A stretch of DNA of 64,000 nucleotides from Flaccisagitta enflata (lineage: Eukaryota): contig OZ231126.1 of the NCBI GenBank assembly GCA_965153355.1, positions 32,736,001-32,800,000 of the forward strand. The letters run 5' to 3'. Positions within the stretch are counted from its first letter, which is position 1. Each line of letters begins with the position of its first letter. Below the pieces are notes generated by a model. It did no database searches. It had not been told where the DNA came from and saw nothing but the letters and a program-made list of their open reading frames with translations. Shown here in pieces: positions 12,027-32,140 of this stretch. A program made the translations under genes and the position numbers.

Positions 12027-12402
12027 CTCTTTCTCTCCCACTTCTGTTTATATCCCACTCCAGCATGCTTCATGCTTCAGTACGTCGTGTTGTTTGTCTT
12101 TTCACCTACCCTCTTTTTTCCGTTCTTATTCTGTGACTATCCATCGGCGAGTACCCTATATTATCCTTTGGACGATTAGTAAATAGCTGTTACCCGCATT
12201 ATCGATTGTTACTCATTGATGCGGTTACAATCGGTCCTCTTCCTCTTCCTCTTTCTCTTCCTCCTCTTCCTCCTCCTACCAGAGTGTCGCCTGTAAACTT
12301 TGCTTTTCTCTTCATCGATCTGTTCATCATTCTATTTGTCTGTCTGTGTGTCTATCTGTCTTGGTCTGTCTGTGTGTCTATCTGTCTCTGTCTGTGTGTC
12401 TA

Positions 12403-12451
<49 letters not shown>

Positions 12452-12868
12452 ACATATGCATCCATCATATTTAGTGATCATTTTCTATTTTTTTCAAAAA
12501 AAAAAAAAATGTATGAAAAAAAGTTTATATACTGAAACAAATTGAATATAAATGAGAAATTAAAACTAAAAAAATGTATCATTTTTTTTCCTTCAAACAT
12601 TATCGCTATTCTTGGATGATCAACAATTTTAAACCATGGAAAAAAAAATGTCAGTTTATGAAAAAAAAATAATAGAAAATAACCGCATTGGAAAGTCGGT
12701 TATAGCAGTATTTGAACCAAACCTATACTCGCGGTTATTAATTAATCAATTGAACCTAATTGAATCGTTATCTAATAGCCAGATCGCCGAACTATATCTG
12801 TGACTCCCCTCCTCCCGTCAATCCCTGACATTCATTCACGCGTAGGCACAACGAGTCACCAACACGCG

Positions 12869-12926
<58 letters not shown>

Positions 12927-13499
12927 AATTTTTCATTTCTTTTTTTTTTCTATTTCCTCATGACTCGTTGGAATAATCGCTGACTGCTCGGATTTATTCC
13001 TCCCCCATCACTCCGCGGTCCCACAAATCTACGATCCCTCCTTCTTCCTTTCTTCCTCTCTCTCTCTCTTATTCCTCCTATTTGTTCTTCTTTTCTTTTT
13101 TTTTCTTTTCGTTTCTTTTCTTTTCTTTTTTTACATTATTTTTGTGCCTCCTTTCATCTTTTTCTTCGTTTTTTTCTCCTTCTTATTTCTCTTTTTCCTC
13201 TTTTCAGTTTATTGAAATTTTGCGATCGATTTGAGTTGAAATGGCGAAGGAGTCTCCTCCAGAGTCTCTCGCTCTTTTTTCCTCCCTTTGCGTCTACAGA
13301 CACATAGGAATTGCAAATACACAGCGCCCTGTCTATCTCGTCTAACCTTTCCTTTCATTCTTTTTCTGTTCTTTTTTTTTTTTTAGGATTTCGGTTCGTA
13401 TGTCTATTAATACTATCAATGTATACTTTGTCCGACGTTCCTCTGGCAATTTGTCGGCCTTTCTACCTGTCTTTCTTTCTATTTCTCTCTTTCTTTTTT

Positions 13500-13653
<154 letters not shown>

Positions 13654-15353
13654 TTTCTTCCCCGGAATTTGCTATGCCATGATTTCCCCAAACTCCCCAT
13701 TCATTTTGTGCCTGGTGAGTCAGTGAGCCGGTTTGAATGACACTCGGTCAGCTCGTCAGTCTTTCGGCGTCTGTCTGCTTGCGCCATTCTCCGGTAGTCT
13801 TCAGTCACCTCATTTGCATTCACAAGAGTTTTTTTTCTGCTTCTCTCCTTTTGCGTTTTCTTTACAATATTTTTTCAGTTGAAGAAAGCATCGCTGGTAA
13901 GAGTTAAAGAAAGTGCTACTTGTACCAATTTCTTGATATGTCCATTTTTTCTGTCCTATTTTCTTGAAATCTAATGAGAAGTCCGGCCTTTTCTTGCCCC
14001 ATTCCACATTCAAATGAGGTTTCCAATTTTTGTTTTGTCCATTCCGTTTTCATTCGCATGCTGAGCGATTCTTAAAGAGGGTGTGTCCCTAGGTAAGGAG
14101 AAAAATTCTGAAAAAATCTGAATGACGCGAAATCGGCTGAAATAGCGATTTTTGAGCATCGCGGCCCCTTCCCGGCCGCATAACAGCCCCCGCCCACTCA
14201 CATGCTGCCCCTACCCATTCGCAAACAACTCATTATTGGCCATGTATCCGACTCTGTTTTTTTTATCACATCCGTTTGTGATTCTGTAGGTACAGCGCGA
14301 CCACCGACGTCACTCTTAGCAGATATTTTTTTTTGCTTATGCAAGACTGGGTGCGTCTCTCCTTTTATTGGTTTTTTTTGCATGCTGTCTGATTTACCTA
14401 GTAAGATTGCAATAAGCTTAGGTCCAGTCCCTGGCAACGCCCTTTCTTGCTTTTTTTTTCTCTCCCAATGTTTTATCCCATTCTTTCTCTTTTCTTGTTG
14501 TCTGGTTTTGTTTCTTGTATTGTGTCATTGGTAATCCGATCTAAGAGCTTTTTATTTCGCACTTTTCTCTTTCAAGTTGTTCTCTGGTCTGTCGTTCAAC
14601 TCAATTCTTAGTTTTGTATTCTTTTTTGTCCCTCAGAGGAGGCAAAGGTTAAGGCAAGAAATATTCGAAGACTTAGTTGTTCAAATCCATGAGGAAGGAA
14701 GAGGGGGGGCGAAGGGGAGGAGTGTGGGAGGTTGAAGATCAGGGAAGGGGGAGGGTGGTGAAGGGAGGGGATTTGGGAGTTCAAGTGTTGGTAGGCCTTG
14801 GGAGTCTACTTTTTAATTCAAGCGCAAAACTCGTTTTTTGACAAGGAAAACAAGGGGCAAAGACGATATTGATATTGAATGGGAACAAAAAGGACATCCA
14901 TACGAGGAAGGCAAGGTAGACAGACAAAATTGAGTGTCCAGTTGTCCACCTTATTGAGAAATACCGCGTCCCATCAGCCAATCAACTTGCAATGTTGATC
15001 ATCTCGTACTTTAAGTTGATTTCTTCTTACGATCATTGACATCTCAGAATAAATGTAAGAACCGTTGAGACGGAAATTGGATAACGCCCCACCGTTGGAT
15101 CATGTCTGAAAACACGGAATGTCGCCTGTCTCCTCTCTCTCTCTCTCTCTCTCTCTGTCATTTTTTTCTATCCATTGACTTCCAGATATGAACCATTTTC
15201 AAGGTCTAACCTCTCCTGTCCAACTCTCGTTGTTGGTCAATGGTCATGGATTTTTTTCCCTCTTAAGAATGGGGGAAATAGATTTTTTTTCCTTTGCTGA
15301 ATGCCAACAGAATGGAAAAGATTGACAAGATATGATGTCGGCCTTTTGAGATT

Positions 15354-15449
<96 letters not shown>

Positions 15450-15482
15450 GGAGAGAGAGAGAAAAAAAAGAGACAGACAGAA

Positions 15483-15519
<37 letters not shown>

Positions 15520-15520
15520 T

Positions 15521-15573
<53 letters not shown>

Positions 15574-16166
15574 GGACAGATAGGGACTCAAAAAGAAAGC
15601 AAAGAGATACGGAGACAGAGAGAAAGACAGAAGCACAGACAGAAAGACAACGAGAGGCAAAGATAGGCAGAGTGCGACAGACAAAGAGGTGAATTTGGGG
15701 AGCCAGAAATGGTAAAAAATCGCAAATATTATTTTGGCACTGGCAGAGACTTGGTTGTGATAGCCATCTCAACTGACATTTTGAACGAGGCATAGATGAT
15801 AAACGAGTTGAAGGATGTCAGCTTGTCTTGTCAACGAATGCATATCATCAAACTGTCTTCATGTAGCCATAGTATATCAACGTACCATTTTACTCCGTTA
15901 GCGCATTATGACAGTATCGCTTCTATCACGTCGAAGTAGCAATGAGAAAAATGAAAATTCTTGCTGTCTTGCTATCATCATTAGAATTTGATATGCTGTC
16001 TTTTTCATTCTGTATGCTCACTGTTTAGCATCACGGCTATCGGACATTCAGACACGTCGCCGAGGAAAAATTATTGATTGAAATCAACTTCCAGAATTAT
16101 TTCAAAGCTTACAGATCGATTTGAAGAACGCGTCTATAACTAGCACACTCGCTTCGACCTCGATTA

Positions 16167-16581
16167 CACTCTTTATTTTGAGTAAGGACAAAGTTTATAA
16201 GGACATCGAGGCTGAAATTTTGCCAAAAATTAAGGACATTTTAAGGACAAAGCCCAGCCTTAGATATGCATAAAAATTTTTTTGATTCAAAATCTAGATT
16301 GTCTTTACGCAACTTCTTAAAGAAAATAATTATAATAGCATTCATCTTTGCTAAATGATATAATGTTCTATAAAGAACAACTACAAGCAATTATTGTCAT
16401 ATCTAACTTGTGTTTCATGATACTTAACATCAATTATTTCAATACATAGAAAATAATCATAAGAAAATCATAACAAAATATTAAGGACACGCTAAGGACA
16501 TTTCAGCCTGAAATTTACTTAAATCTAAGGACATCCCAGCCTCAGAAAAAATTTACTGGTCCTTATATAAAATAAAGAGTG
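16167..16581. mobile_element. Tc1/mariner-type MITE
   Basis: TA on both sides; TIRs CACTCTTTATTTTGAGTAAGGAC and GTCCTTATATAAAATAAAGAGTG; several internal TAAGGACA motifs near both ends. Confidence 0.8.
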
Positions 16582-17210
16582 TACTGAGGTGTTTTTTTTT
16601 AAAGAGTGATTTGCATAATTGGAGCAACGCAGCAACTCGAGAAAAAAAAAACAAAAGAAGCTATAGGTTGACATGAAATGAATGATCAGACTGCGCCCTG
16701 AGACTTAGTATAGTAGTACGCTCAGGCTTTAAGTGTCTAGTTCCAGAGCACTTTTCTTTCACAACAGAAGTGCCGACGGTATGTGGAACCTTAGTTGATA
16801 TCAATCGATATTTTGTGGTCAAAAAAACGAGAAAACATAAACCAGAACAATAGGACATCTTTTCGTCGTCGATACTGCACCGGAACTCCCGTTTTTTCGT
16901 GAATTACTTTTGCCATCTCTCAAAAGGTTTTATAAGTGGGTTTCCATACGGCTTTCTTTCCAACGGGGTCAAATCGTAGCTCAGGTAAAGATCATTCACT
17001 TTTCAATGAGAAACTCGCAAGAAGAGGTTTCCCTTTCTTTTGTTAGGTGCTCAAGACATGAATTCTCTCACGTTTTTGCTGTCTATGTCCCTGTGGTATG
17101 CCGGTCTTTCTGTCTGTGACCATCTCTTTTGGTCCCTGTCTGCGTCTGTCTGTCTGTCGGTCAGTCTGTCTTTGTCCTTGTCTTTGTCCTTGTCTTTGTA
17201 CTTGTTTCTT

Positions 17211-17309
<99 letters not shown>

Positions 17310-17809
17310 GTCCCCATGGCAACCACGCACGTTGTCATTATCAGGCACAGGCGCCACGCGATCCAAATGCGAAAAAAAAAGACGTGAATTTGCCGTCAGA
17401 TTTTCTTTATGAAGGGCGCCACCAACAGATATGTGAGATGTGGAGCACGCAGGTTTGATCTGACCGACAAGAGCGCTAACAAATCCAGTGTTGGTCTACG
17501 CGTTTTGACGTCAATTCATTATCATTTCTTTTATGATATCATGAATACATTTCTTTCAATTTTTCTCTTTCTTCTTCATTCATTCATTGTTTTTTTTTCT
17601 CATAATTTTTTTTCATAGGTACTCTATTTTCCCACCATTGACTTTTTTAATGATGGTAATAACTGCTTACAAAAAGTTTCTTCCATTTTTTCCACGACAT
17701 GGGATGATTCAGTTATTTCAACCCACCAATTCATTCATAAATTGTATGCTAATGAGGTTTGTCACAAATGGACCGACATATGGATTTATATCATATTGTA
17801 TAAAGAAGA

Positions 17810-20750
<2,941 letters not shown>

Positions 20751-21254
20751 CCAACTGAAGGATTAACCCTTAAACCAATCTTCAAAGGGAAAAGATGGCA
20801 TCGCGAGGTGGAAGAAAAAGAAGAAGAAGCTGAGAAAGATGCAACTGGTTGTGCTTTCAAGATAAGACTTGCAGCCCGGGATCCACATGACGGATTATGC
20901 GTCATTCTCCCGGCCATTGGTCCCTCTTTTTTTTGTCTTTCGGTGTGTCTCTATCTCCGTCTGTCTCTCTTTCCCTCTGTCCCCCTTCCTCTTCCGTTTC
21001 CTTTCTCTTTTTTTTCCCTCTTGACTATCTGTCTATGGTACCTCTTCCTCCGTGCAGAATGAGCGTTAGATCAAATGCACAGCACTATTTGTATCCGTTT
21101 GTCCGTTTTCCAGAGAATTTCTCTGTGTATCTTTTCCCTTGAATTTGTGCGTGCCTCGTTTCCCGATTACGCAGTCTATCCATCCTTTCGAAAAGAATTC
21201 TTTTTTTTTTTGTTTTGTTTATCCATTTTGCTTTTGTCCCTCCGTCTGTCTATT

Positions 21255-21362
<108 letters not shown>

Positions 21363-21546
21363 CCTTTGCCTCCGTTTCCCGTCCAAGAGGGAGCTCTTCC
21401 TCTGTCCTTCAGTTTTTGGTTTAGCCCAGTTGCTGTCACCTTTTTATTGGAAGTCCTGTCAGACTTACTGAAGCTTAGGAGCCGATGGAAGAACCGAGGA
21501 ATGTATGTGGAGGAAAAAAGCGGGAGGCGGAGGAGGAAGAAGATGA

Positions 21547-21768
<222 letters not shown>

Positions 21769-22034
21769 CACTAAGAGATATGGACAAGAAAAACGTCAGA
21801 CATTTAAAGAAAGAGACAGAGACAGACATAGACAGAGACAGTGACAAGTACAGAGACAGGGAGAAAGAAAAGAGAATAAAGGACACGAATTCATTTTTAA
21901 CGGCCACCGAGGGAACAAGCTTATGGTGGGAGGAAACAATCAAGACTCGAAGCGCGTGTCTTAGCGCGTATCCGTCGATAATATGTATGACTGTATGTGA
22001 GTGCATATGACTATGGAATTAATCGGAGGATGAC

Positions 22035-22134
<100 letters not shown>

Positions 22135-22193
22135 ATGCTCACGACATTAAAACGATTCTGTTTGCATATTGTGCTAAACAAGATAAGATTCCT

Positions 22194-22642
22194 TTTTTAG
22201 ATGCGTCCTCGCATCTCTATAAGAGGGTCTGTCCGTCCGTCCGTCCGTCTGTCCGTCCGTCCGTCCGTCGGTCCGTCCGTCGGTCGGTCGGTCCGTCCGT
22301 TACGCTTTCTTGAAAATCGCAGTTTTCGCCCCTTTTCTGCCATGGCGTTGTCGCGTATCAAACTGATCGCTCTTTAAAATGATTAAGGAGACTTTTTATA
22401 TGCGTTCTCGCAACTCTATAAGAGGGTTTGTCCGTCCGTCCGTCGGTCGGTCCGTTCGTCCGTTTCTCGTTTCTCGGCTGTTTTTGGCCGTGGTGAGATC
22501 CTAAACTGAAACAAATGATCAACCATCATGTTTTGAGAGCCTCTTCACTACTCACTCGTTTCATCCGTCTGTTCGTCCATTTGTCATGATCAATTAACAC
22601 ACAGACACAGTCCGGACGCATCTTTGCCCGGTCGGGCTTGTT
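22194..22642 (-). mobile_element. DINE-1/HINE-like (Helentron-associated) non-autonomous element, variant subfamily
   Basis: T-run, hairpin AGATGCGTCCTCGCATCT, (GTCC)n microsatellite, end ...GGGCTTGTT; the terminal module is repeated internally at about 22395. Confidence 0.6.
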
Positions 22643-23324
22643 CATTACGCGTCCTCATGATGAAGCATGGCTATCTTTTTTATAATGCTTAGGAAGAAAT
22701 GGAAACGGACATATGATTCAAGAAGATCAAATAAAAAGTGAAAGTTAGTTTTTTTTAATAGCTTCGCAATGTCGAAGCCAAAAGAATAAGTTGGATCTGT
22801 AGTACTTAGCATAAAATCAGCTCGCACAATTGATTCATATTGATCGATTCAGATTGATTCAGATAGAATTGAAACTAATGTTTGAAATGGGTGTCCCAGG
22901 CAATTTCTTTCGCCGCTCGAGGGACGCCCCCAGCGCTCATCACTAGTACACCCCCGTGAGGCACAAAACTCGGCATGCATACTAATCCGTGTGATGGACG
23001 ATTCAGTCAATAGTTCGTCGTGAAAGCTTATTTTTCGTCAGCTATTCAGTCGTGCCTGAATGAACATATCAAACCTGAAACAATGTATTGAGCGAGTCAG
23101 TCTCTCCCTAATTGTGAATGCCCCAGAAAAGATGGTCGTCTAGAGAAAACAAGAAACGTCTGAGAAAAGAAAGGAAAAATCAAGAAAACTCAGAAAATGG
23201 AGAGATGGCAGGAATGACGACTGGAGAGCAAAAGAGTGATTCGGTTTTTATCGCCGTGGGGCAAAATGAAGACTGGCCTCAGTTAGCGCTTAAACCGATG
23301 ATTGGACGAAAATCGTTTTTGCCC

Positions 23325-23533
23325 TTTTTAGTCGCGTGCAAGGCGACTCTACACCCGCTTTGTCGGTCCGTCTGCCGGTCCGTCTTCGTCGAATCGTCCG
23401 TTTCGTCGGTCCTCACACCTTTTGGTTTTTTTGCGTTCTTTGGCCTCACTGCTCCAGCCCAAGTGATCAAGTGATCTCAAATACGGCCCCTGCCCACCCG
23501 CACGCGACTGGGGTAGCCGTGTATCCGGCCTTG
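23325..23533 (-). mobile_element. DINE-1/HINE-like element
   Basis: Reverse-complement copy of the AACAAGGCCGGATACACGG...AGTCGCG..CGCGACTAAAAA family. Confidence 0.75.
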
Positions 23534-24407
23534 CTCGAAAGGAAGGCGCAATTGAAAGACGAGAAACGATAGAAAAATAAGACGTAACCTTTCTTATTTT
23601 CATCGATTCTTTAAACGTTTACATCATCAGTTTTTCCGTCAGCTCTTTGAAACAATTTGCTCTTTTCAGGCATTGAATGGCTATTTTGATTCAGCCCCCC
23701 TGCCCAAAATGCTTTGTGGTCAATTGAGTTGCCACCGGGAGCCACCCTCGCTCACTCACACTCTGATCATGGCTGTAACATTATTCGTTTAAGATAATCT
23801 CTGTTGGGATAAAACTGATGTCGAGTGATACAGATCTTACAGATTGCCCAATTGCCAGTCCGATCGCCGCATCATGGAAAGTTAGAACTTGAATTTTTTT
23901 AACTTAAAAAAGAACCATATCATATATTCTCTATCTAACTTCAAAGAAGTTGTAAAAGCGTTTTAGTTTCGGCTTTGAATGACCCTCGGTGAAGAATATG
24001 AAAGGAAATGCTCTCGATTCCTAGCATAGATATGGGAGTAGATTTTAAACTAGCTCACAGCTACCCAAAGTGCTCTCTCTCTCTCTCTCTCTCTCTCCTT
24101 CATATTTTCCATTCTATTGGGTAAGAGTTTTTACGTACAAAAGTAGAGGTATAAAGGGGAAAATTCTAAGTCATTTTGAGTCATTTTAAGATATTCCGAG
24201 TCATTTAAAGTTTTTTTAGGTCATTTTTGGTCATTAGGTTTTTTAAGTCATTTTAAGTCCTTTTTTGGATAATTTTTGGTCATTTCAAGTCATTCTAAGT
24301 CATTCTAAGTCATTTGTCATTCTGTCATTTACCCTGTAAATCTCTGCATCATGACTTATAGGTGCTGGGCCTTGTTTCAGAATCGTAGGAGAAAAAGGCT
24401 TTGTCAA

Positions 24408-24483
<76 letters not shown>

Positions 24484-24833
24484 CTATGAATCAAAAATGA
24501 TAGAGGTGTGAATAACTTTGTCAAGAGACACAGTACGTGAAGGAAATGTTATAATATGATGAAATGTTATAGTTTATTTCAGCCCTCCACCCCCCTCCTG
24601 CCCCATTATAAAAGATAGGAAACTTTTGAGGCCAAAATCATTCCTATACATTTTCTATGGGAAATCAGGGGAGTGGAGGGCTAGGCTGAAACTGTTCCAA
24701 AGGCCCTGAAACTTGGCATACTATCTATTCTTATCATATTTTGACATTTCCTTCACGTGCAACTTGATCTGTTGACTAAGGTGCATTTCCCCCACCTCTA
24801 GTATGTATTGCCCATGGTGTGTGTGTTTGTGTA

Positions 24834-25368
24834 CAGTAGATGTCGTCTAGACTTGGAAATACAGTAGATGTCGTCTAGACTTGGAAATACGGGGGCCCTC
24901 ATATCCTAACTACCATTTGTGGCAATAAAATGAAATTGTGTCTGTATAATGCTTATGTCCTATAGGGTTGACGATGGGGTATGGCAGCTCTGTGGATAGA
25001 AAATTCTTTTGAATATGCTAAATCAAATTTGCTCTGTTCAAACAGCTGCCAGAATTAGTTTAATGGTTAACTTACTTGACTTCAACTCCCTTGATCAGCT
25101 TATTTCTTTAAAAGTTCCAGGTTCGAATCCCAAGCTGGTTTTACCATTAAAGCAAAAAGATGAAACTGAAATTCTGCCATAAAAGTGATTGATCCTAATA
25201 TTTCATACTAAAAGTTTTTTTTGTAAGGTAAGCCGTAGGGGGATGCCATACCCCATCGTCAACCCCCTAGGGTCTTTACATTACACTAGTAAAATATCAG
25301 TCCCCTCACTGTACTGATGCTGAGGTTATGAGCTCCCCCGTATTTCCAAGTCTAGACGACATCTACTG
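24834..25368. mobile_element. TA-flanked Tc1/pogo-type MITE with a tandemly duplicated left TIR
   Basis: TA|CAGTAGATGTCGTCTAGACTTGGAAATAC at 24834 and 24862; reverse complement ends at 25368|TA; inner inverted pair GGTTGACGATGGGGTATGGCA and TGCCATACCCCATCGTCAACC. Confidence 0.85.
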
Positions 25369-26138
25369 TAAGTTCACCTATTTGTTTATGCCTACCCTCG
25401 AACATTTATTGGAGCGTGAGCGTAAATGAGTGTGTAGCTTGTACATTTACGTGTCCACTGACCAGTATCCAAGTACGGCATACATTTGTCTCCACTGTAC
25501 ATTCTGATACTGTAACGATAATCTGGAAAGAAATGTCCTCGGCAAAAGAACTGAGTCTCTCTTGCTTCTTAATACAATCTCAAGCTTAGCCGAGGGAATT
25601 GACGAGAACGACGACGGCAGAAAGTGGCGGTGGCTAGGCGGCGAGGCCGCTATGGGGCGGCGAAGGCAGCGGAGGCGGCGATGTGGCGGCGAGGCGGCGA
25701 GGGGGCGGCGATGTGGCGGCAGCAGGGCGGCGGCGGCGGCGACTTCAAGAAGGCCGGCGCGGCGTTCTCTGAAGGAATGACCAATTGTAGAAAGGAAAAA
25801 AAAAAGGAACAGAAATTCCAACAGTCCTTTCGCCTTTAATTGACCGACTTTCATTTTGTCCGTTTTTCTTTCTTTTCTTTTTCCATCTCGGTTGCCGGTT
25901 GTTTATATTGTATTTGTCAAACTGTAAAATGGAAATTCTAAACATCATAATTTATGAGGCAAAAACGAAACAAAGTTTGTTTCATGCCAAAGTAGGCGCC
26001 GCAGATGAACAGACTGTACTGGCCAACACTGTATGTAAGAGACGCGCAACGGGATTAAAAGGACTTGAATGAACTTTATTTGATGAGGATACGATGAAAA
26101 TTTGAATGGACACTTTATGATCTACACAGACGTTTAGA

Positions 26139-26355
26139 AAACAAGGCTGGATACACGGCTACTCCAGTCGCGTGCGGGTAGGCAGGGGCAATATTTGAGG
26201 TCAGGGGAGCATTTTGGGAGCAGGGCAGTAGGGCCAAAAACCCCATTAACGCCGAAAAAGTAGTGTGACGGACGGACCGACGGACGGACGGACCGACGGA
26301 CGGACGGACCGACCGACAAAGCGGGGTGTAGAGTCGCGTAGCACGCGACTAAAAA
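26139..26355 (+). mobile_element. DINE-1/HINE-like element, representative full copy (others at about 6745-6858, 39950-40125, 40236-40436, 45960-46175, 49222-49379, 52132-52457 as two tandem copies, 56343-56474, 56978-57111, 63162-63365)
   Basis: Begins AACAAGGC, internal AGTCGCGTGC, (GACG/GGAC)n microsatellite, terminal hairpin AGTCGCGTAGCACGCGACT then an A-run; no TSD seen. Confidence 0.75.
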
Positions 26356-28172
26356 CATTGAGCATTTCCAGGATAACTTCCTCTAGAGCTCTGCTCAACC
26401 GATTCTCTCGTAAATGCCAAATCCTCTTCAATTTCAATAAAAGGGAGTGTATTGACTTTGCATTGTCGTGCAGTCGTGCTCGAGCTTGTTTTCATTGAAA
26501 GCCAACTCGTATATTGAATCGTTCAGCCTTTATGCGTAGTCTTGTCGGCGTGCTTTTATTGAAAGCGGGCACGCAATAACCATAAGCGCCGCATCTGGAC
26601 CAGAATGAATGGTCGTAAGCGCACATGTTTTTATTGGCAAAACGCGTTTCCTCTCTCCTCGCTTTTCCACGAAAAAAAGACGGAAGAATGATTATTTTGT
26701 TGCCACTCTGCGGAAGTGGATTAACACTGTTGATGATTGTTTTGTTGGTTAAGACAACGAGGCCAAGAGATGTCCAATAGATGCGTTATCTTTAGCATGA
26801 TGATATGAAAGAAGAGATGAAGCCATTTAGAGAAATCCCACAAAATAGCGTCGATAATTTTTTTGTTACGGACGGACAGACCTACCTACCTACCCACCTA
26901 CCTACCTATCTACCTACCTACCTACCTACCTACTTACCTACCTACCTACCTACCTACCTACCTACCTACCTACCTACCTACCTACCTATCTACAGATACA
27001 CCTTCTTGTTGAGAAGCAAGGACCCATCTAAAAACGCGAATCGAATAAAATGTGGATTTTTAGTCGCATGTGTCCATGGGTCTGTATTCATCTGGAAAAA
27101 AATTGAATAAATTTCTGAAGCCGGCATTGAGGAAGTCCAAAGTTTGGTTGTCTGTTAATCTGTCTGGCTACAGGTAATGCGAAATTTTGGATGAGGCGAA
27201 ACTGGCCGAAATGCTAACATACAGCTCCTGCCCTCCCACATTACAGCCCTTGCCCACCCGCTTTCCTGCCCCTGCCAACCGCAAGCGACCATGTTGTATC
27301 TTACGGCATGCATCTGATTCTCGTTGATAGTGTCGCGCCATTTACCCGACCTTGATTTACTTTTCGCTATCTATATTTCCTCATTTTGATGTTCATGAAG
27401 CAGCGGCTTGTACATCGGCGCTTTGTATTAACGAGCTCTCCAGCGCCGAAAGTACTCGCAGGCGTTTTCATCAAGCCCAAGCTTCATCGCGCCGCACATA
27501 GCAAGCTCACACGCGCTGAATTAGCTCAACGCTGCCTATTGAGTGCAAACGAACGATGATCATCAAGTGGCGCTGCAATGGCATGAAAGATTCAAAGCAA
27601 ACCGTGATGAGGGATCATAAAAGCTCAAGGTTGTTTCCCTTTCATCAATGGCCGTCGATAATTCAACAGGCCGTAACTTCCAATGAGCAAGTATCGGTCT
27701 GCAGTTACATTCCGCTACTATCTTGGAAAATCTTCCGCTCTGAAAAAAAACCCTGCTCTTAAAGGAATTGAGCAGCATTTGAAAGAGTAATCCGACTATA
27801 ACGTGTAAGAAATCTAAAGCCGTCCATTTCAATTCTTTTTCATGAAATTTTTTTAAAACATTGGATGCATATCAGTCAACTGCCAAAAATTCGAACAAAT
27901 CATGGGATATTCACTGATTGTAACTGCATAAATGTTATCACAACCAACCACCAGTCCACCATCAGTCCTCCAACATTCTAGTACAGTTGAGCCCGGGCCC
28001 CAACAGTCATCGCTTCACGTCTCTGGACACTTGAAAGCCGCGAATTATAAAGCCACAGATTGTCAGTGCCATATGGAGTTGGACAACATTACTTTATAAC
28101 AAAAAATCTAGAATAAGGACAAGAGCCTTGGGAGCTCTAACTGGTGTTTCAACCGGACCCCTCACAGCTATC

Positions 28173-29365
<1,193 letters not shown>

Positions 29366-29588
29366 CTCAGGATATCGGAAATCGATAAACTGGCTTTTGC
29401 TTGATTACAATCGATAAAACGACGCCTGATTAACGGAATTAGCTTTTTAATCTTCGTCAATTTACAGTCACGCTTTCAAAGTTATTTTATGGCTGGGAAC
29501 TTTTTCCCTTTTCTTCCCATCTTTTCTTTTCTTTTTCATCTTTTTCCTCTTTTCGCTTAACATCTTTTTTTTTTATTCTCCACCTATG

Positions 29589-29862
29589 CATTAGAGAAAT
29601 CAGAAGCCACTCTCTCAGTGTTATTAATTCCCGCAATAATAGTAAGAAAATACGCATCGAACCTGGACGAACAAAAAAACGTCAACAGTTTTCATCCTCC
29701 TTCATCATTATTTTGGCGGTCCATGTTTTCTTCAGCTCTATTTCAAAAATAGAAATTAATGAAAGATTTATATTTTGAAATTGAACCGCTTATGAGAGTG
29801 AAGTTGATAACTTGCTTGTTTAGACCAACTTTTTCTAACAGTGGCTTCTGATTTCTCTAATG
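29589..29862. mobile_element. Small TIR element (MITE-like)
   Basis: 23-bp inverted termini CATTAGAGAAATCAGAAGCCACT and AGTGGCTTCTGATTTCTCTAATG; no TSD seen. Confidence 0.6.
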
Positions 29863-30589
29863 TTTCTTCTATTTTTCATCATCTTCTTCCATTACAGATC
29901 ATTGATGCCGCCGAAACGGGGGGACTGCTGGTAAAAACCCTCAGTTAAGGCTGATACTGCCAAGGTGGGATATCGCATCTCAGCAGCTACAATCTTCACT
30001 TATTTCTCTCACTTTTATCTATTTTTTTCTTATTATTCTTTTTTCATGAAATGTCATTATTTGGAATTTAATTGATGTTTGAATTCTCTGTCTAAATTTG
30101 GATGAGCTACATAACTATGAGGAAATTAATTTTTGAACTCTTCAGCAAATCAAATAAAATCATACAAAAATGAGCATTCAAAAAATGAGCATTCAAAAAA
30201 TAGAATTTTGTGTTTTTCTTGTTGTAAGGACTTGATAACCAAAATGCATTATCTAATCATAAGGTATAAGAACATCTAGTGAAGTTCTCATGTGTCTATT
30301 TCATTGTAAATCAAAATAAGTAATATGTTGTTGTTTATGCTGCTAGGGTGCGATATCGCAACTTAGCTGCAGTTTTTACAACTACCGCACCTCAGCAAAC
30401 AGCTCACTAAAACACAAGTGCTTGCTTGATATGGCCAATTTAACTAATTTGAAATGAGCGTCCCATTTCCATCAAAGTCCATTTCAGTGAAACACTATTC
30501 TACAATTTGTTCGAAAAAAAAAAATCAAGAAAAAGATGTTTTTATCCTTTGATCTAGGGACTAGTTCACTATGCTCTTTTCCTTTGTTT

Positions 30590-31490
<901 letters not shown>

Positions 31491-31838
31491 AAAAGAAATA
31501 CTGAAGAATGACGATAAAGGGAGAGGCGCAGCTCAAGTCTGCAGACTAGCAAACAGCGCACACAAAACTGCAGTCTTTAAACTCAATTCCCCGCAAGAGA
31601 GCCCGGGCGTCGGTGGCGGTTGCGGCGGCGGTGGTAAAGCATGGAGGTGGCGGTGGTGGCGGCGGTGGTGGCAGCAACGGCGGCGGCCAAAGAGGCCAAG
31701 GAGGCGGCGGCAGCGGCGGCGGCAACGGCGTGTTCAAGTTGGGCCTCTCTCACACGCGGCGCGGCCCATTTCTTTGTAGCCGTTTTGTTCCACATTCTTT
31801 TCGGTCATTTCGGCCAACGTCCGAATCCATTGCTCAAC

Positions 31839-32140
31839 GCCGTTGCTTACGCCATCCTTGACATCATTGCTGATGGCAGTTCCGACGCTGTTGCTTACCC
31901 CATCGTAGACGTTATTGCTAATGGCAGTTCTGACGCTGTTTCTTACACCATCATAGACAATATTGCTGAAGGCAGTTCTGACCCTGTTGCTTACCCTATC
32001 GTGGACGTTATTGCTGATGGCAGTTCTGATGCTGTTGCGTACGCCATTGTAGATGTTATTGCTGCAGGCAGTTCTGACGCTGTTGCTTATACCATCACAG
32101 ACATTATTGCTGATGGGACATGGCAGTTCTGACGCTGTTG
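31839..32140. repeat. 48-bp minisatellite, about 6 copies; a second, more degenerate array lies at about 33065-33715
   Basis: Unit approximately GCTGTTGCTTACGCCATCGTAGACGTTATTGCTGATGGCAGTTCTGAC. Confidence 0.9.

Noticed and set aside
13700-14240. AP-1, GC-box and CCAAT-like motifs
   Set aside because: Short motifs expected by chance, with no linked gene model
25562-25854. GC-rich ORFs on both strands
   Set aside because: Degenerate (GGC)n low-complexity sequence with no domain and no convincing splice-site pair
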